Shown here in pieces: positions 1 through 9,479 of a DNA stretch of 32,000 bases. Position 1 is the stretch's first letter, and each line of letters opens with the position of its first letter. The translations under genes were made by a program, and so were the position numbers. This DNA is from Crocosphaera subtropica ATCC 51142. GTDB taxonomy: Bacteria; Cyanobacteriota; Cyanobacteriia; Cyanobacteriales; Microcystaceae. Location of the stretch: assembly GCF_000017845.1 (NCBI RefSeq), contig NC_010546.1, forward strand, positions 4,380,001 to 4,412,000, in the 5' to 3' direction. The notes below the pieces were generated by a model. That model had not been told where the DNA came from, ran no database searches, and was given only the letters and a program-made list of their open reading frames with translations.

Positions 1-21
1 TTGAGGGTTAAATCTTAATAG

Positions 22-2490
22 TTACGAGTCAGTCGCTTTCGCTAAAACGGGTTGGGTATCACCAGAAACCACTTTAACTTTGCCGTCTTCGCCGATATCA
101 ACGACAGCGACATCGCCTTCGCCAACTCGTCCGGAGAGAATTTCCTCTGCAAGAACATCCTCTAGAAGACGCATAATAGCACGACGTAAGGGTCTTGCAC
201 CATAAGCAGGGTTATACCCTTCTTCTACCAAGCGTTCCTTGAATTTATCAGTAACTTGCAAGGTAATCTCTTTCTCAGTTAACCGTGCAAATACTTCTTT
301 GAGGAGAATCTCGGAAATTTGCTTGACCTCTTCCTTATTCAACTGACGGAAGACGATAATTTCATCGAGTCGGTTGAGGAACTCAGGTCGGAAGTATTGC
401 TTCAATTCTTCATTAACCAGGTTACGAATACGGTTGTACTGTGCCTCATTTTGGTCATCTTCAAACTCAAATCCAAGACCACCGCCACCTTTCTCAATGA
501 CCTTAGAACCAATGTTAGAGGTCATAATCAATAAGGTATTCTTAAAGTCCACAGTACGCCCTTTAGCGTCCGTTAAACGACCGTCTTCTAAGATTTGCAG
601 AAGCATATTGAAGACATCAGGGTGTGCTTTTTCAATTTCATCGAATAGCACAACAGTATAGGGACGACGGCGAACCGCCTCGGTCAGTTGTCCTCCTTCG
701 TTATAGCCCACATATCCTGGAGGAGAACCAATTAACTTAGACACCGTATGGCGTTCCATGTATTCGGACATATCCAGACGAATCATGGCTTCTTCTGACC
801 CAAAGAAATAGGTCGCCAATGCTTTGGTTAACTCAGTTTTACCAACACCAGTCGGTCCAGAGAAGACGAAACTAGCAATAGGACGGTTGGGGTTCTTTAA
901 GCCAACCCTTGCCCGACGAATCGCTCTCGAAACCGCTTTAACCGCATCTTCTTGACCGATTAAACGTTGATGTAGGGTGTCTTCCATGTGTAGAAGTTTC
1001 TCGGATTCTGTTTCCGTCAACTTGTTCACAGGAACCCCAGTCCAAGAAGCCACAATGTGGGCGATTTCTTCGGAATCTACAAAAGGCTCGTCATTTTCTC
1101 CTTCTCCTTTTTTAGCAGAGGAAATAGAACGAATTTGCTCCTTAATATCCATTTCTTGATCTCGCAATTCTCCAGCGCGATCAAAGTCTTGGGAGCGAAC
1201 TGCGTCATCTTTTTGCTTCAAGATGGTGCGTAGTTCTTTGTCTAATTCCTTGGCGGCAGGAGGCAGTTGAGAATTGATTAAGCGTACCCGTGATCCTGCT
1301 TCGTCAATAAGATCGATCGCCTTATCAGGGAGATAACGGTCAGAAATGTAACGATCTGACAGTTTGGCCGCTGCTTCTAGAGCCTCATCTAAGATTTTCA
1401 GCTTATGATGCTGCTCGTAGCGTTCTCTGAGTCCGTAGAGAATTTCGATGGTTTCTTCTACAGAAGGTTCACCCACCATCACGGGTTGGAAACGACGTTC
1501 TAAGGCTGCATCCCGTTCGATGTGTTTACGGTATTCATCTAGGGTTGTCGCCCCAATACATTGTAATTCGCCCCGTGCTAAGGCTGGTTTGAGAATATTG
1601 GCAGCGTCGATCGCTCCTTCGGCTGCACCGGCACCGATGAGGGTATGAACTTCGTCAATAACCAGGATGACGTTTCCTGCTTGACGAATTTCGTCCATAA
1701 TCTTCTTGAGTCGTTCTTCAAATTCTCCACGGTACTTGGTTCCTGCCACCAATAGACCGATATCGAGGGTAACGACTCGTTTTTCTTCGAGGATATCAGG
1801 AATATCCTTGTTAGCGATGCGTTGGGCTAACCCTTCTGCGATCGCTGTTTTACCAACACCGGGTTCTCCGATGAGAACGGGGTTGTTTTTGGTACGACGA
1901 CCGAGAATTTGGATCACCCGTTCAATTTCTTTTTGTCGTCCCACAACGGGATCAAGTTGTCCATCTGCGGCCAACTGGGTTAAATTGGAACCGAATTCGT
2001 CTAAGGTAGGGGTTTTGGTTCTGCCCGGTGTACCACCGCCGGCGGCCACCTCTGCGGTTTCCCCTAATTGGCGAATGACCTGGGTTCTGACTTTGGAGAG
2101 GTCGACACCGAGATTTTCGAGAACTCTGGCCGCTACGCCCTCCCCTTCTCTAATTAAACCTAAGAGAAGGTGTTCAGTACCGATATAGTTGTGTCCTAAT
2201 TGTCTAGCTTCCTCTAAGGAGAGTTCTAGAACTCGTTTTGCTCTTGGGGTAAAAGGAATTTCAACGGCGACAAACCCTGAACCGCGGCCAATAATTTTCT
2301 CAACTTCAATCCGAGCATCTTTAAGGTTAACACCCATTGATTTGAGAACTTTGGCTGCAACTCCAGTTCCTTCACCGATGAGGCCAAGAAGAATTTGTTC
2401 GGTCCCAACGAAGTTGTGGCCGAGCCGACGAGCTTCTTCTTGCGCCAGCATTATTACCTTGATAGCTTTTTCTGTAAAGCGTTCAAACAT
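22..2490 (-). CDS. clpC: ATP-dependent Clp protease ATP-binding subunit ClpC (class I Hsp100 AAA+ chaperone)
   Basis: 822-aa ORF with a duplicated Clp_N repeat ([18 protein letters not shown] / [18 protein letters not shown]). Two AAA+ modules carry Walker A GEPGVGKT and GPTGVGKT. The linker is short and UVR-like, not the long ClpB middle domain. Confidence 0.95.
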   Translation of the reverse strand: MFERFTEKAIKVIMLAQEEARRLGHNFVGTEQILLGLIGEGTGVAAKVLKSMGVNLKDARIEVEKIIGRGSGFVAVEIPFTPRAKRVLELSLEEARQLGHNYIGTEHLLLGLIREGEGVAARVLENLGVDLSKVRTQVIRQLGETAEVAAGGGTPGRTKTPTLDEFGSNLTQLAADGQLDPVVGRQKEIERVIQILGRRTKNNPVLIGEPGVGKTAIAEGLAQRIANKDIPDILEEKRVVTLDIGLLVAGTKYRGEFEERLKKIMDEIRQAGNVILVIDEVHTLIGAGAAEGAIDAANILKPALARGELQCIGATTLDEYRKHIERDAALERRFQPVMVGEPSVEETIEILYGLRERYEQHHKLKILDEALEAAAKLSDRYISDRYLPDKAIDLIDEAGSRVRLINSQLPPAAKELDKELRTILKQKDDAVRSQDFDRAGELRDQEMDIKEQIRSISSAKKGEGENDEPFVDSEEIAHIVASWTGVPVNKLTETESEKLLHMEDTLHQRLIGQEDAVKAVSRAIRRARVGLKNPNRPIASFVFSGPTGVGKTELTKALATYFFGSEEAMIRLDMSEYMERHTVSKLIGSPPGYVGYNEGGQLTEAVRRRPYTVVLFDEIEKAHPDVFNMLLQILEDGRLTDAKGRTVDFKNTLLIMTSNIGSKVIEKGGGGLGFEFEDDQNEAQYNRIRNLVNEELKQYFRPEFLNRLDEIIVFRQLNKEEVKQISEILLKEVFARLTEKEITLQVTDKFKERLVEEGYNPAYGARPLRRAIMRLLEDVLAEEILSGRVGEGDVAVVDIGEDGKVKVVSGDTQPVLAKATDS
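1838..1845. repeat. HIP1 (highly iterated palindrome GCGATCGC); first of 13 perfect copies
   Basis: Perfect copies start at 1838, 3829, 5937, 7581, 14538, 15015, 15340, 17368, 18059, 20538, 23704, 27841 and 28707. Several 7/8 variants also occur (e.g. 17971, 26462, 28735). Confidence 0.9.
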
Positions 2491-2661
2491 ATCTTTATTA
2501 ATCCATCACCTGCTGCTTGCCCTTGTAAGCTGATTCTAACACAGCTTTTTTGTCATTATTATTAATGTAGGATTTTGTAGCATTAACTACTGTTTGTCGT
2601 TTTTTTGTTGAATTGTTGTGTCTTTGTTCCTCCATTAATAATATTCTAGGGTCAATTGTTT

Positions 2662-3303
2662 TTATGATTTTGACACAGAATTTTTGATTTGTTCGCTCAA
2701 ATCATTAAGATTATCTAAATTTAACCGATAACTTAGGGGATGGGCAATGAGGCGAGCCGTACTATGAAATAGGGTTTCCACTTCCACTAGGCCATTTTCT
2801 TTGAGGGTGCGGCCTGTAGAGACTAAATCAACGATCGCTTCTGACATTCCGGTAATGGGTCCGAGTTCAACGGAACCGTAGAGGGGAATAATTTCTACTG
2901 GTAAGTCTAGCTGTTGAAAATAGGTTTTAGCACAGTTTACAAATTTTGAGGCAACTTTTCCATTGGGGGGTAATTCTGCAGGGGTTTGGTAGGGACTGGT
3001 TTTGGGAACGGCCACGGACATTCGGCAACCGCCAAAGTTTAAGTCAGCAAGATGGGCAACGTCTGGGCTTTTTTCTAATAGTAAGTCGTAACCGACTATG
3101 CCGAGTTGTGCCTGTCCATATTCGACGTAAACTGGTACATCGGTCGCTCTAACTAATAAGCCTTGGGCAGTATTAGTGGGATCAATTATTTGTAATTGAC
3201 GATTTTTGGAGTCTAAAAAGGAACTAAAATCTAATCCAATACGTTTAAAGAGTTCGATGGAATCTGATAATAATGCCCCTTTGGGTAATGCAATGGTAAT
3301 CAT
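2662..3303 (-). CDS. hisG: ATP phosphoribosyltransferase, short (HisZ-dependent) form
   Basis: 213-aa ORF. Length and overall sequence ([11 protein letters not shown]..., ...[15 protein letters not shown]...) match short-form HisG, which lacks the C-terminal regulatory domain. Confidence 0.9.
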   Translation of the reverse strand: MITIALPKGALLSDSIELFKRIGLDFSSFLDSKNRQLQIIDPTNTAQGLLVRATDVPVYVEYGQAQLGIVGYDLLLEKSPDVAHLADLNFGGCRMSVAVPKTSPYQTPAELPPNGKVASKFVNCAKTYFQQLDLPVEIIPLYGSVELGPITGMSEAIVDLVSTGRTLKENGLVEVETLFHSTARLIAHPLSYRLNLDNLNDLSEQIKNSVSKS

Positions 3304-3539
3304 TATTGATACTTTTTAGGAATATTTTTTATTTTATAGTAGTTTCTAGATTGACTCAAGGGTTTATTCGGCTTTCTTATCAACAAAGAAACAGAGAAAA
3401 CACTATCAAATTATTTCTAAAATTTTTTGTTTATGTCTAAACTCCAGTCATAATAAACTCTAGCTTAATTTAACTTCATTTAATTTAATTATGAAATTAA
3501 ACTTAGTAAAATTTATGAATAAATTAATTTTAATTTTAT

Positions 3540-3710
3540 TTAATTGGGAAGCCAATTTTTAGCTAGAAGTTTTTCTAATAAATAACAACATTTTTCAGGC
3601 GAGATAGATTGATTTAATCCTGTTTTCTCAGTAACAATAAAAACAGCATCTTGATAAATACTTTCTAATTCTTCAGAAAGATAGTTTTTTAGATTCGTTA
3701 TATTGATCAT
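3540..3710 (-). pseudogene. 56-codon ORF resembling only the C-terminal end of DUF29 proteins (probable gene remnant)
   Basis: Own translation: MINITNLKNYLSEELESIYQDAVFIVTEKTGLNQSISPEKCCYLLEKLLAKNWLPN. It aligns with the C-terminus of the full DUF29 ORF at 12394..12855 (YQYAV...ETGLPLEKFP...DFDFLP). There is no N-terminal DUF29 part, and it lies in a 456-bp AT-rich spacer. Confidence 0.3.
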
Positions 3711-3759
3711 CTTCACAATTAGTAACCATCATAAAAACAGCAAGAAAAACTCTGAACTC

Positions 3760-5001
3760 TTAGATCAATTTTCGTCTCAATTGATCCAAAGCCGTACAAC
3801 TGCTTAAATAACGAATAATGTCCCGACTGCGATCGCCAAAGGTACATTCGACACTCTCAACGTTACCGTCAGGATCTGCAATACCAATATAAACCAACCC
3901 CACCGGTTTAATGTCCGTTCCCCCACCCGGTCCTGCAATACCGGTAATACTCATCCCCCAGTCAGTTTCTAACCGCTTTTTAATCCCTAACGCCATCTGT
4001 TGCGCTACAATATCACTGACTGCCCCGTGATGGTCTAACGCCTCTGCACTGACTTCTAACAAAGACATTTTGACACAATTATCATAAGCGATAACCCCAC
4101 CCCAAAAATAGTCCGAACTGCCGGCTATTTCAGTGAACATTGCCCCCAAACCGCCACCGGTGCAAGACTCAGCAACAGATACGGTTTGTTGTTTTTGCCG
4201 TAATAACTCCCCGACTACCTTCCCTAAAGTGTCGTCATCTTGCCCAAAATAGTCCTCTCCAGCAATTTTAATAATTTCTTGGGCAACCGGTTCAATAATA
4301 GCGTTTGCTTCCGTTTCAGAGGCAGTTTTTGCCGAAATGCGTAGACGAACTTCCCCCAAGGAAGCATAAGGGGCAACGGTGGGATTTGTCAAGTTAAAAA
4401 ATCGATTAACTTTAGTGGCCAAAGAAGACTCACCAATGCCCCTAAAACGCAGCATTCTGCTGAAAATGACTTCTTTGCCCCAACCCTGGCTTTTCAGGTG
4501 AGGAACGGCTGTTTCTGACCACATCCGCTTCATTTCAGAAGGAACTCCAGGAAAGGTCATAATCGTAACATTGGGAATTGGTTCCCAGATGATGCCGGGG
4601 GCAGTTCCGGTGGGGTTGGGTAAAATGGTGGCACCTTTAGGAATTAAGGCTTGTTTACGGTTATTTTCGTTCATTTGCCGCCCTCTAGCCTTAAACTTAT
4701 CTTGAATATCCTCAATAATTTCTGCTTTTTCTACGAGGGGACTATGGAAACATTGGGCAATGGTTTCCGTGGTCAAATCATCGGGAGTCGGTCCCAAACC
4801 CCCAGTAAACAGTAGAATAGAAGCCCGTTTACTCGCAATGGTAATCACTTCTCTGAGACGAGTAGGGTTATCTCCCACCACGGTTTGATAGTAATGGGGA
4901 ATCCCTAAATTAGCTAATTCTTTGGCCAAAAATTGAACATTAGTATTAACAATGTCCCCTAATAAAAGTTCGGTACCAACGCAAATAATTTCTGCACTCA
5001 T
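3760..5001 (-). CDS. cinA: CinA family protein (MoCF-like N-domain plus CinA/PncC nicotinamide-nucleotide amidohydrolase C-domain)
   Basis: 413-aa ORF. N-terminus AEIICVGTELLLGDIVNTN is typical of CinA. The C-domain carries VSVAESCTGGGLG. Confidence 0.9.
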   Translation of the reverse strand: MSAEIICVGTELLLGDIVNTNVQFLAKELANLGIPHYYQTVVGDNPTRLREVITIASKRASILLFTGGLGPTPDDLTTETIAQCFHSPLVEKAEIIEDIQDKFKARGRQMNENNRKQALIPKGATILPNPTGTAPGIIWEPIPNVTIMTFPGVPSEMKRMWSETAVPHLKSQGWGKEVIFSRMLRFRGIGESSLATKVNRFFNLTNPTVAPYASLGEVRLRISAKTASETEANAIIEPVAQEIIKIAGEDYFGQDDDTLGKVVGELLRQKQQTVSVAESCTGGGLGAMFTEIAGSSDYFWGGVIAYDNCVKMSLLEVSAEALDHHGAVSDIVAQQMALGIKKRLETDWGMSITGIAGPGGGTDIKPVGLVYIGIADPDGNVESVECTFGDRSRDIIRYLSSCTALDQLRRKLI

Positions 5002-5007
5002 TCTCTA

Positions 5008-5544
5008 TTAATCTGTCGGGTTCTTTAATAATTCTACGGCATCACGGCCATCGATTTCTTGTAAATAAACTTTAACTTGTTCATCGGAAGAGGTGGGCAA
5101 TTTTTTCCCGATAAAATCAGGATGAATGGGTAATTCTCGATGGCCTCGATCAACTAATACTAATAAGCGGATCATTTTTGGTCTTCCATATTCAGTAACG
5201 GCATTTAACGCAGCACGAATGGTACGGCCTTTATAGATAACATCATCCACTAAAATAACGGTTTTTCCTGTGAGATCAATGGGAACTTTAGTTTTAGCCG
5301 GCGTTCGGGTTTTGATACGATCTAAATCATCTCGATAAAAGGTAACATCAATTGCTCCTACTGGCACTTTTATGTCTTCTAATAGTTCAATTTGTTGGGC
5401 TAACATATCAGCCAACGGAACCCCTCTGGTATGAATTCCTAGTAAGACAATATCAGATAAATTTCCTGATTTTTCGATCACTTGAGAGGCTAAACGAGTC
5501 ATGACTCGTCGGATTTTTTCGGATGAGAGTATTTTTTTGGGCAT
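5008..5544 (-). CDS. pyrR: Bifunctional pyrimidine regulatory protein / uracil phosphoribosyltransferase PyrR
   Basis: 178-aa ORF with PRPP-binding loop [18 protein letters not shown] and PyrR-like N-terminus. Its stop lies 6 nt before the cinA start, so the two are probably co-transcribed. Confidence 0.9.
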   Translation of the reverse strand: MPKKILSSEKIRRVMTRLASQVIEKSGNLSDIVLLGIHTRGVPLADMLAQQIELLEDIKVPVGAIDVTFYRDDLDRIKTRTPAKTKVPIDLTGKTVILVDDVIYKGRTIRAALNAVTEYGRPKMIRLLVLVDRGHRELPIHPDFIGKKLPTSSDEQVKVYLQEIDGRDAVELLKNPTD

Positions 5545-5731
5545 GCTATTCCTTCTTTGATCATGATTGTGGTTATTTGAAAATCTCTAACTATGAATTG
5601 ATCCGTTTTAGATATTAGACTTATGATAGATATAGACTGTTTTTCTGTCTAACTTTTTAAATAGGTATTGCTGAAAATAACAAGGAAATACATTAAAGGA
5701 AACTTAAAAAAATTACTAATTATTTCATCTT

Positions 5732-5760
5732 TTGTAAACCTTTTGTATTCTTCTTATAAT
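5732..5760 (+). promoter_or_regulatory. Sigma-70-type promoter candidate for the aldolase gene
   Basis: TTGTAA (5732..5737), a 17-nt spacer, then a perfect TATAAT (5755..5760). It ends 31 nt upstream of the ATG at 5792. Confidence 0.4.
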
Positions 5761-5791
5761 AGATTAGACGAATTAATACCAAAAGAATTCT

Positions 5792-6874
5792 ATGACAGCT
5801 ACACTCTTCAAACCCGAAACCATAGAATCTTATTTAGGGGAAGAAGCAGACAGTCTTCTTAATCATCAAGCTAAGATTCCTCAATCTTTATTGCATTTAC
5901 CTGGAGAGGATTTTGTAGATCGCATTTTTTCTCAAAGCGATCGCAACCCTCAAGTGTTACGCAGTCTCCAACAACTTTATTCTACAGGAAGATTAGCGAA
6001 CACCGGTTATCTGTCTATTCTACCGGTAGACCAAGGCATCGAACATTCTGGGGCTGCTTCTTTTGCTCCCAACCCGGCTTATTTTGACCCTGAAAATATT
6101 ATCAAATTAGCCCTAGAAGGGGGTTGTAACGCCGTGGCCACTACCCTAGGGGTATTAGGGATGATGTCTCGCAAATATGCTCATCGTATCCCCTTTTTAG
6201 TCAAGTTAAACCATAGTGAACTGTTAACCTATCCCAACAGTGCCGACCAAATTATGTTTGGTCAAGTTGAGCAAGCTTGGAACTTGGGCGCGGTAGCAGT
6301 GGGGGCCACCATTTATTTTGGTTCTCCTGAATCCAACCGTCAAATTCAAGAAGTGAGTAAAGCCTTTGCCAAAGCCCACGAATTAGGCATGGCTACAGTG
6401 TTATGGTGTTATTTGAGAAATAGTATTTTTAAACAAGATCAAGATTATCATTTAGCGGCCGATTTAACGGGGCAAGCGAACCATATCGGGGTAACTATCG
6501 AGGCTGATATTATTAAACAGAAACTCCCTCAATGTAACCGAGGTTATGAAGCGGTAGACAAAGCCAGTAATGGGAAATATGGCCGAACCGATGAAAAGGT
6601 TTACACTGAATTAACCAGTGACCATCCCATCGATTTAACCCGTTATCAAGTCTTAAATTGTTATGCCGGAAGAAGCGGTTTAATTAATTCTGGTGGTGCA
6701 TCGGGAAAGAATGATTTTGCTGAAGCGATTCGTACCGCAGTCATTAATAAACGGGCTGGTGGTTGTGGTTTAATTTCTGGACGGAAAACCTTTCAACGGC
6801 CTCTAGAAGAAGGGGTTAAGCTCTTTCATCTCATTCAAGATGTTTATTTATCGTCTGAGATTACCATTGCTTAA
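5792..6874 (+). CDS. fbaB: Class I fructose-bisphosphate aldolase (FbaB/DhnA type)
   Basis: 360-aa ORF that appears colinear with E. coli FbaB as I recall it ([42 protein letters not shown]-terminal ...ITIA). Confidence 0.9.
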   Translation: MTATLFKPETIESYLGEEADSLLNHQAKIPQSLLHLPGEDFVDRIFSQSDRNPQVLRSLQQLYSTGRLANTGYLSILPVDQGIEHSGAASFAPNPAYFDPENIIKLALEGGCNAVATTLGVLGMMSRKYAHRIPFLVKLNHSELLTYPNSADQIMFGQVEQAWNLGAVAVGATIYFGSPESNRQIQEVSKAFAKAHELGMATVLWCYLRNSIFKQDQDYHLAADLTGQANHIGVTIEADIIKQKLPQCNRGYEAVDKASNGKYGRTDEKVYTELTSDHPIDLTRYQVLNCYAGRSGLINSGGASGKNDFAEAIRTAVINKRAGGCGLISGRKTFQRPLEEGVKLFHLIQDVYLSSEITIA

Positions 6875-6902
6875 ACCAGTTATCAGTCATCAGTCATCAG
6901 TT
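6875..6902. repeat. Tandem heptamer array (ACCAGTT ATCAGTC ATCAGTC ATCAGTT), STRR-like
   Basis: Four consecutive 7-nt units read directly from the sequence, immediately after the aldolase stop codon. Confidence 0.7.
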
Positions 6903-6912
6903 AAATTTATGA

Positions 6913-6974
6913 GGGAACAGGGAATAGGGAATAGGGTTTTCTTTTAAATTTCTTATCCCTACACCCTACACCCC
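6913..6974. terminator. Imperfect hairpin built from opposed heptamer arrays, between convergent genes
   Basis: GGGAACA GGGAATA GGGAATA GGG (6913..6936) faces CCCTACA CCCTACA CCCC (6957..6974) across a 20-nt T-rich loop. The GGG/CCC blocks and UA pairs give 13 of 17 paired positions. It lies between the aldolase stop (6874) and the protease stop (6977). Confidence 0.35.
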
Positions 6975-6976
6975 TA

Positions 6977-8221
6977 TTAACCATTGGGTAAAAGCCCAAC
7001 TTTGACATTTAAGCTTAAGGGTTTGCCATTGCGTTCAACTTCAACCGGAATGGTACTCCCTACCTGAATCTGTTCGACAGCTTTTTGAACTTCCGAGGGG
7101 GTTGCTAGGGGTTGTTGATTAATCGATTGAATCACGTCCCCTGCTTTTAACCCGGCTGCTGCTGCTGGAGAATTAGGAACAACGTTGACGATCAAAATGC
7201 CTGAGTCTGCATTAACGGTTAACCCTGCAGTTTGTTGTAATTTTTCTTTGATTTCTGGGGTAATTTCTACCATCTGAATACCCATGTAGGGGTGTTCGAC
7301 AGTTCCTTTGGCAATTAATTGATCCGCAATTTCTTGGGCCCGATTAATGGGAATCGAAAAGCCAATCCCTTGGGCGTTTCGGAAGATAGCGGTATTCACG
7401 CCGATGACTTCCCCTCTCGCATTGAGAAGAGGCCCACCAGAATTACCAGGGTTAATAGCTGCATCGGTTTGGATAAAGTCAACCCGTTTATCTCCGACTC
7501 CCACTTGAGAACTGCGTCGTCCCGTGGCACTAATAATGCCTGTGGTGACAGTATTATCTAATCCCAAAGGATTACCAATGGCGATCGCCCATTCTCCGAC
7601 GTTAAGGGTATCAGAGTTTCCCGCTTTAACGGTGGGTAAATTATCCGCTTCGATATCAATAACGGCAATATCCGTCACTGGGTCAGTTCCCAACACTCTC
7701 CCTGTAAAAGTTCGACCATCTTTTAAGGTAACGGTCACGTCTTGGCTTCCTGCCACCACATGGGCGTTGGTAAGGATTTTTCCATCATTACTGAGAATAA
7801 ATCCCGAACCGGTTCCCCGTTGAATTTCTTCTTCGGGCATATTAGGGATTTGTGACCCGAAAAAGCGACGGAAAAAGGGATCGTTAAACATGGGGGGAAC
7901 CTCTGTTTTAACGGTACGAGAGGCATCAATTCTCACCACCGCCGGGCCGACTTTTTGAACCACATCGGTGACAAAGTTTTCTGAGGTGATAGGAGGCAGA
8001 GAAGCCCATTCTTCAGGAATTTCAGTTTTGGCTGAAGGAGCGATAGTTTCTGTTTTTTCGCTAAACAGATTAGGATAACTGTAGGCGATGGTTCCGCCAA
8101 TGCCCACTCCCATTCCTAAGAGGATCATGGAAACATAAGTTAGGGGTTTTTGCAAAATAGAACGGTGAGAATTTTTCATTTTAGTTGATGGATAAGACTG
8201 ATTTAAACTATGATTTTTCAT
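6977..8221 (-). CDS. Deg/HtrA-family periplasmic serine protease (HtrA/HhoA/HhoB type) with one PDZ domain
   Basis: 414-aa ORF with an N-terminal membrane anchor ([21 protein letters not shown]). Catalytic triad contexts are TNAHVV, DIAVI and GNSGGPL. The PDZ region is C-terminal. Confidence 0.9.
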   Translation of the reverse strand: MKNHSLNQSYPSTKMKNSHRSILQKPLTYVSMILLGMGVGIGGTIAYSYPNLFSEKTETIAPSAKTEIPEEWASLPPITSENFVTDVVQKVGPAVVRIDASRTVKTEVPPMFNDPFFRRFFGSQIPNMPEEEIQRGTGSGFILSNDGKILTNAHVVAGSQDVTVTLKDGRTFTGRVLGTDPVTDIAVIDIEADNLPTVKAGNSDTLNVGEWAIAIGNPLGLDNTVTTGIISATGRRSSQVGVGDKRVDFIQTDAAINPGNSGGPLLNARGEVIGVNTAIFRNAQGIGFSIPINRAQEIADQLIAKGTVEHPYMGIQMVEITPEIKEKLQQTAGLTVNADSGILIVNVVPNSPAAAAGLKAGDVIQSINQQPLATPSEVQKAVEQIQVGSTIPVEVERNGKPLSLNVKVGLLPNG

Positions 8222-8255
8222 GGCTTGTTTTATTTATATTGTCAATAATAGGGAG

Positions 8256-8310
8256 AAAAAGTCAGTCCATGTGAGGAGTGAATGATGGGAAAACGGCTTT
8301 TGGACTGACA
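8256..8310 (-). ncRNA. Candidate ~55-nt sRNA or leader hairpin carrying a Yfr1-like core motif
   Basis: On the minus strand, TATAGT (8322..8317) is followed 7 nt later by a 9-bp stem, GUCAGUCCA (8309..8301) / UGGACUGAC (8269..8261). The 31-nt loop ends in ACUCCUCACAU (8279..8269). A U5 tract follows (8260..8256). Confidence 0.3.
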
Positions 8311-8332
8311 TTTTTTACTATAAGAGGGAGAT

Positions 8333-8371
8333 ATGACAACTTCATGACACGGATATGACGTTTTTATGTCA
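8333..8371 (-). promoter_or_regulatory. Four hexamer direct repeats at exact 11-bp phasing (candidate response-regulator site)
   Basis: Plus-strand ATGACA (8333), ATGACA (8344), ATGACG (8355) and ATGTCA (8366). On the minus strand these read as TGTCAT-type repeats just upstream of the TATAGT -10-like box. Confidence 0.35.
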
Positions 8372-8460
8372 ACTCTAGGCAATAGGCAACAAGAAGTAGT
8401 GACATCTCTAGCAATCTTCCTTATTATAAACCATTCCTCAAAGCAGCTTGAATCCTACTC

Positions 8461-9009
8461 CTAACGCTTTCTCTCAAAAAGACGATAAAACGTTAAGCTG
8501 GTGTTACCGTAGGTTTTCTGTTGTACTCTTGTCAATCCCTTGATCTCGGTTGCTTGCCAAAATTTAGGATTATGTTCTACGGCGATTTCCCCTAATTCGT
8601 GTAATAGTTCGTGATTAACAATTAATTCTAAAACAGGTTGATAAAGTCTGCTTTGATAGGGAGGATCGAAATAAATCAGATCAAATTTTTTCCTGTCTAA
8701 AGTCTTTAAAACTTTTAAACTATCTCCTTTAATAACCTGAAAGTCTTGCTCGCCATGAGCTATTTTTTGCCAATTTTCCTTAATAATTTGACACGCTTTT
8801 CCATACTTTTCAATTCCCACGATAAAAGCTGCCTCACGACATAAAGCTTCTGCACCCATTGATCCATTGCCGGCACATAAATCTAACCAGTGACACCCGG
8901 CCACTTTCCCTTGCCAAATATTAAATAATGCTTCTCTAACCTTGGCTGAAGTGGGACGGGTTAAGTCTCCTGGTAATGTTTTCAATAATCGATTTCCATA
9001 AATTCTCAT
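8461..9009 (-). CDS. rsmD: 16S rRNA (guanine966-N2)-methyltransferase RsmD
   Basis: 182-aa ORF with SAM-binding motif LDLCAGNGSMGAEAL and the N-methyltransferase motif FDPPYQ. Confidence 0.85.
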   Translation of the reverse strand: MRIYGNRLLKTLPGDLTRPTSAKVREALFNIWQGKVAGCHWLDLCAGNGSMGAEALCREAAFIVGIEKYGKACQIIKENWQKIAHGEQDFQVIKGDSLKVLKTLDRKKFDLIYFDPPYQSRLYQPVLELIVNHELLHELGEIAVEHNPKFWQATEIKGLTRVQQKTYGNTSLTFYRLFERKR

Positions 9010-9030
9010 TACTTATTGACGATGAACCGT

Positions 9031-9444
9031 TTACTCTTGACCGTTATTTAACTTCTCTTCTAATTCTTGTAATTGCTCTTTTTGGGTTTCTAATTCTAGT
9101 TGACGACGGGTTAAATCAAGACTTTTTGCTGTAATTTCCTGTCGCCATTGTTCAACTTTTGCTTGTTCTTTTTGCACCCATTCAGGGGTAATTGCACCAT
9201 CGGTTAAATAGGTTTTAACTAACCCCATTATCCAATCTTTTGCTTCTTTAACTTCTACAATTTCGTGATCATTTCCTAACTTGACTAATACCAAAACCCC
9301 ATCCCCAAAACCTCTAGGAATTGTACAAGAAATGACCTTATTAGCTATCGTATCCCAAAGGTCTGGGGAGGTTTGGCGTGCCAGCAACAAAAGTTCCATC
9401 TCGCCTGAGTCGGGATTTTTTTTCACTTGGGCTAGGTGTAGCAT
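9031..9444 (-). CDS. Hypothetical protein with C-terminal coiled coil
   Basis: 137-aa ORF, co-directional and tightly spaced between valS and rsmD. The C-terminus is heptad-rich (RRQLELETQKEQLQELEEKL). I recognise no family. Confidence 0.55.
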   Translation of the reverse strand: MLHLAQVKKNPDSGEMELLLLARQTSPDLWDTIANKVISCTIPRGFGDGVLVLVKLGNDHEIVEVKEAKDWIMGLVKTYLTDGAITPEWVQKEQAKVEQWRQEITAKSLDLTRRQLELETQKEQLQELEEKLNNGQE

Positions 9445-9479
9445 AGTGGGTTACGGGGTTGGCGCGGTGGTAATCTTTA

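Noticed and set aside
319-2533. Seven ORFs of 60-160 aa within or overlapping clpC: six on the plus strand (319..534, 374..661, 977..1159, 1448..1648, 1706..2188, 2189..2533) and one on the minus strand in another frame (2226..2408).
   Set aside because: They lie inside or overlap a full-length, strongly conserved ClpC frame. Their translations are low-complexity (Ser/Arg/Pro-rich) with no recognisable motifs. These are typical shadow ORFs.
2527-2551. A plus-strand terminator-like hairpin (aagctg/cagctt plus a T-run) just upstream of the clpC start.
   Set aside because: Its orientation is opposite to all neighbouring genes and the stem is only 6 bp. It is more simply explained as a small hairpin in the clpC 5' UTR. 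An antisense RNA is possible but unsupported.
2577-2590. A perfect NtcA-type palindrome, GTA-N8-TAC, 93 nt upstream of clpC.
   Set aside because: The 6 specified bases are expected several times by chance in 32 kb. No TAN3T -10 box lies at the canonical ~22-nt distance downstream on the clpC strand.
2498-2635. A 45-codon minus-strand ORF (MEEQRHNNSTKKRQ...KGKQQVMD) in the clpC leader, ending 7 nt before the clpC ATG.
   Set aside because: It has no Shine-Dalgarno sequence. Its Lys/Asn-rich composition is what AT-rich non-coding DNA gives by chance, and I recognise no family. It could be a uORF, but I cannot support that.
5668-5862. A 64-aa plus-strand ORF overlapping the aldolase start in another frame.
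   Set aside because: It begins in the AT-rich promoter region and overlaps the promoter candidate and the real start at 5792. Its composition is low-complexity.
8273-8308. A plus-strand mini-ORF (MGKRLLD) with a GAGGAG Shine-Dalgarno sequence inside the 8261..8309 hairpin.
   Set aside because: It is only seven codons. The GAGGAG is simply the complement of the CUCCUC core on the other strand. No plus-strand promoter is evident.
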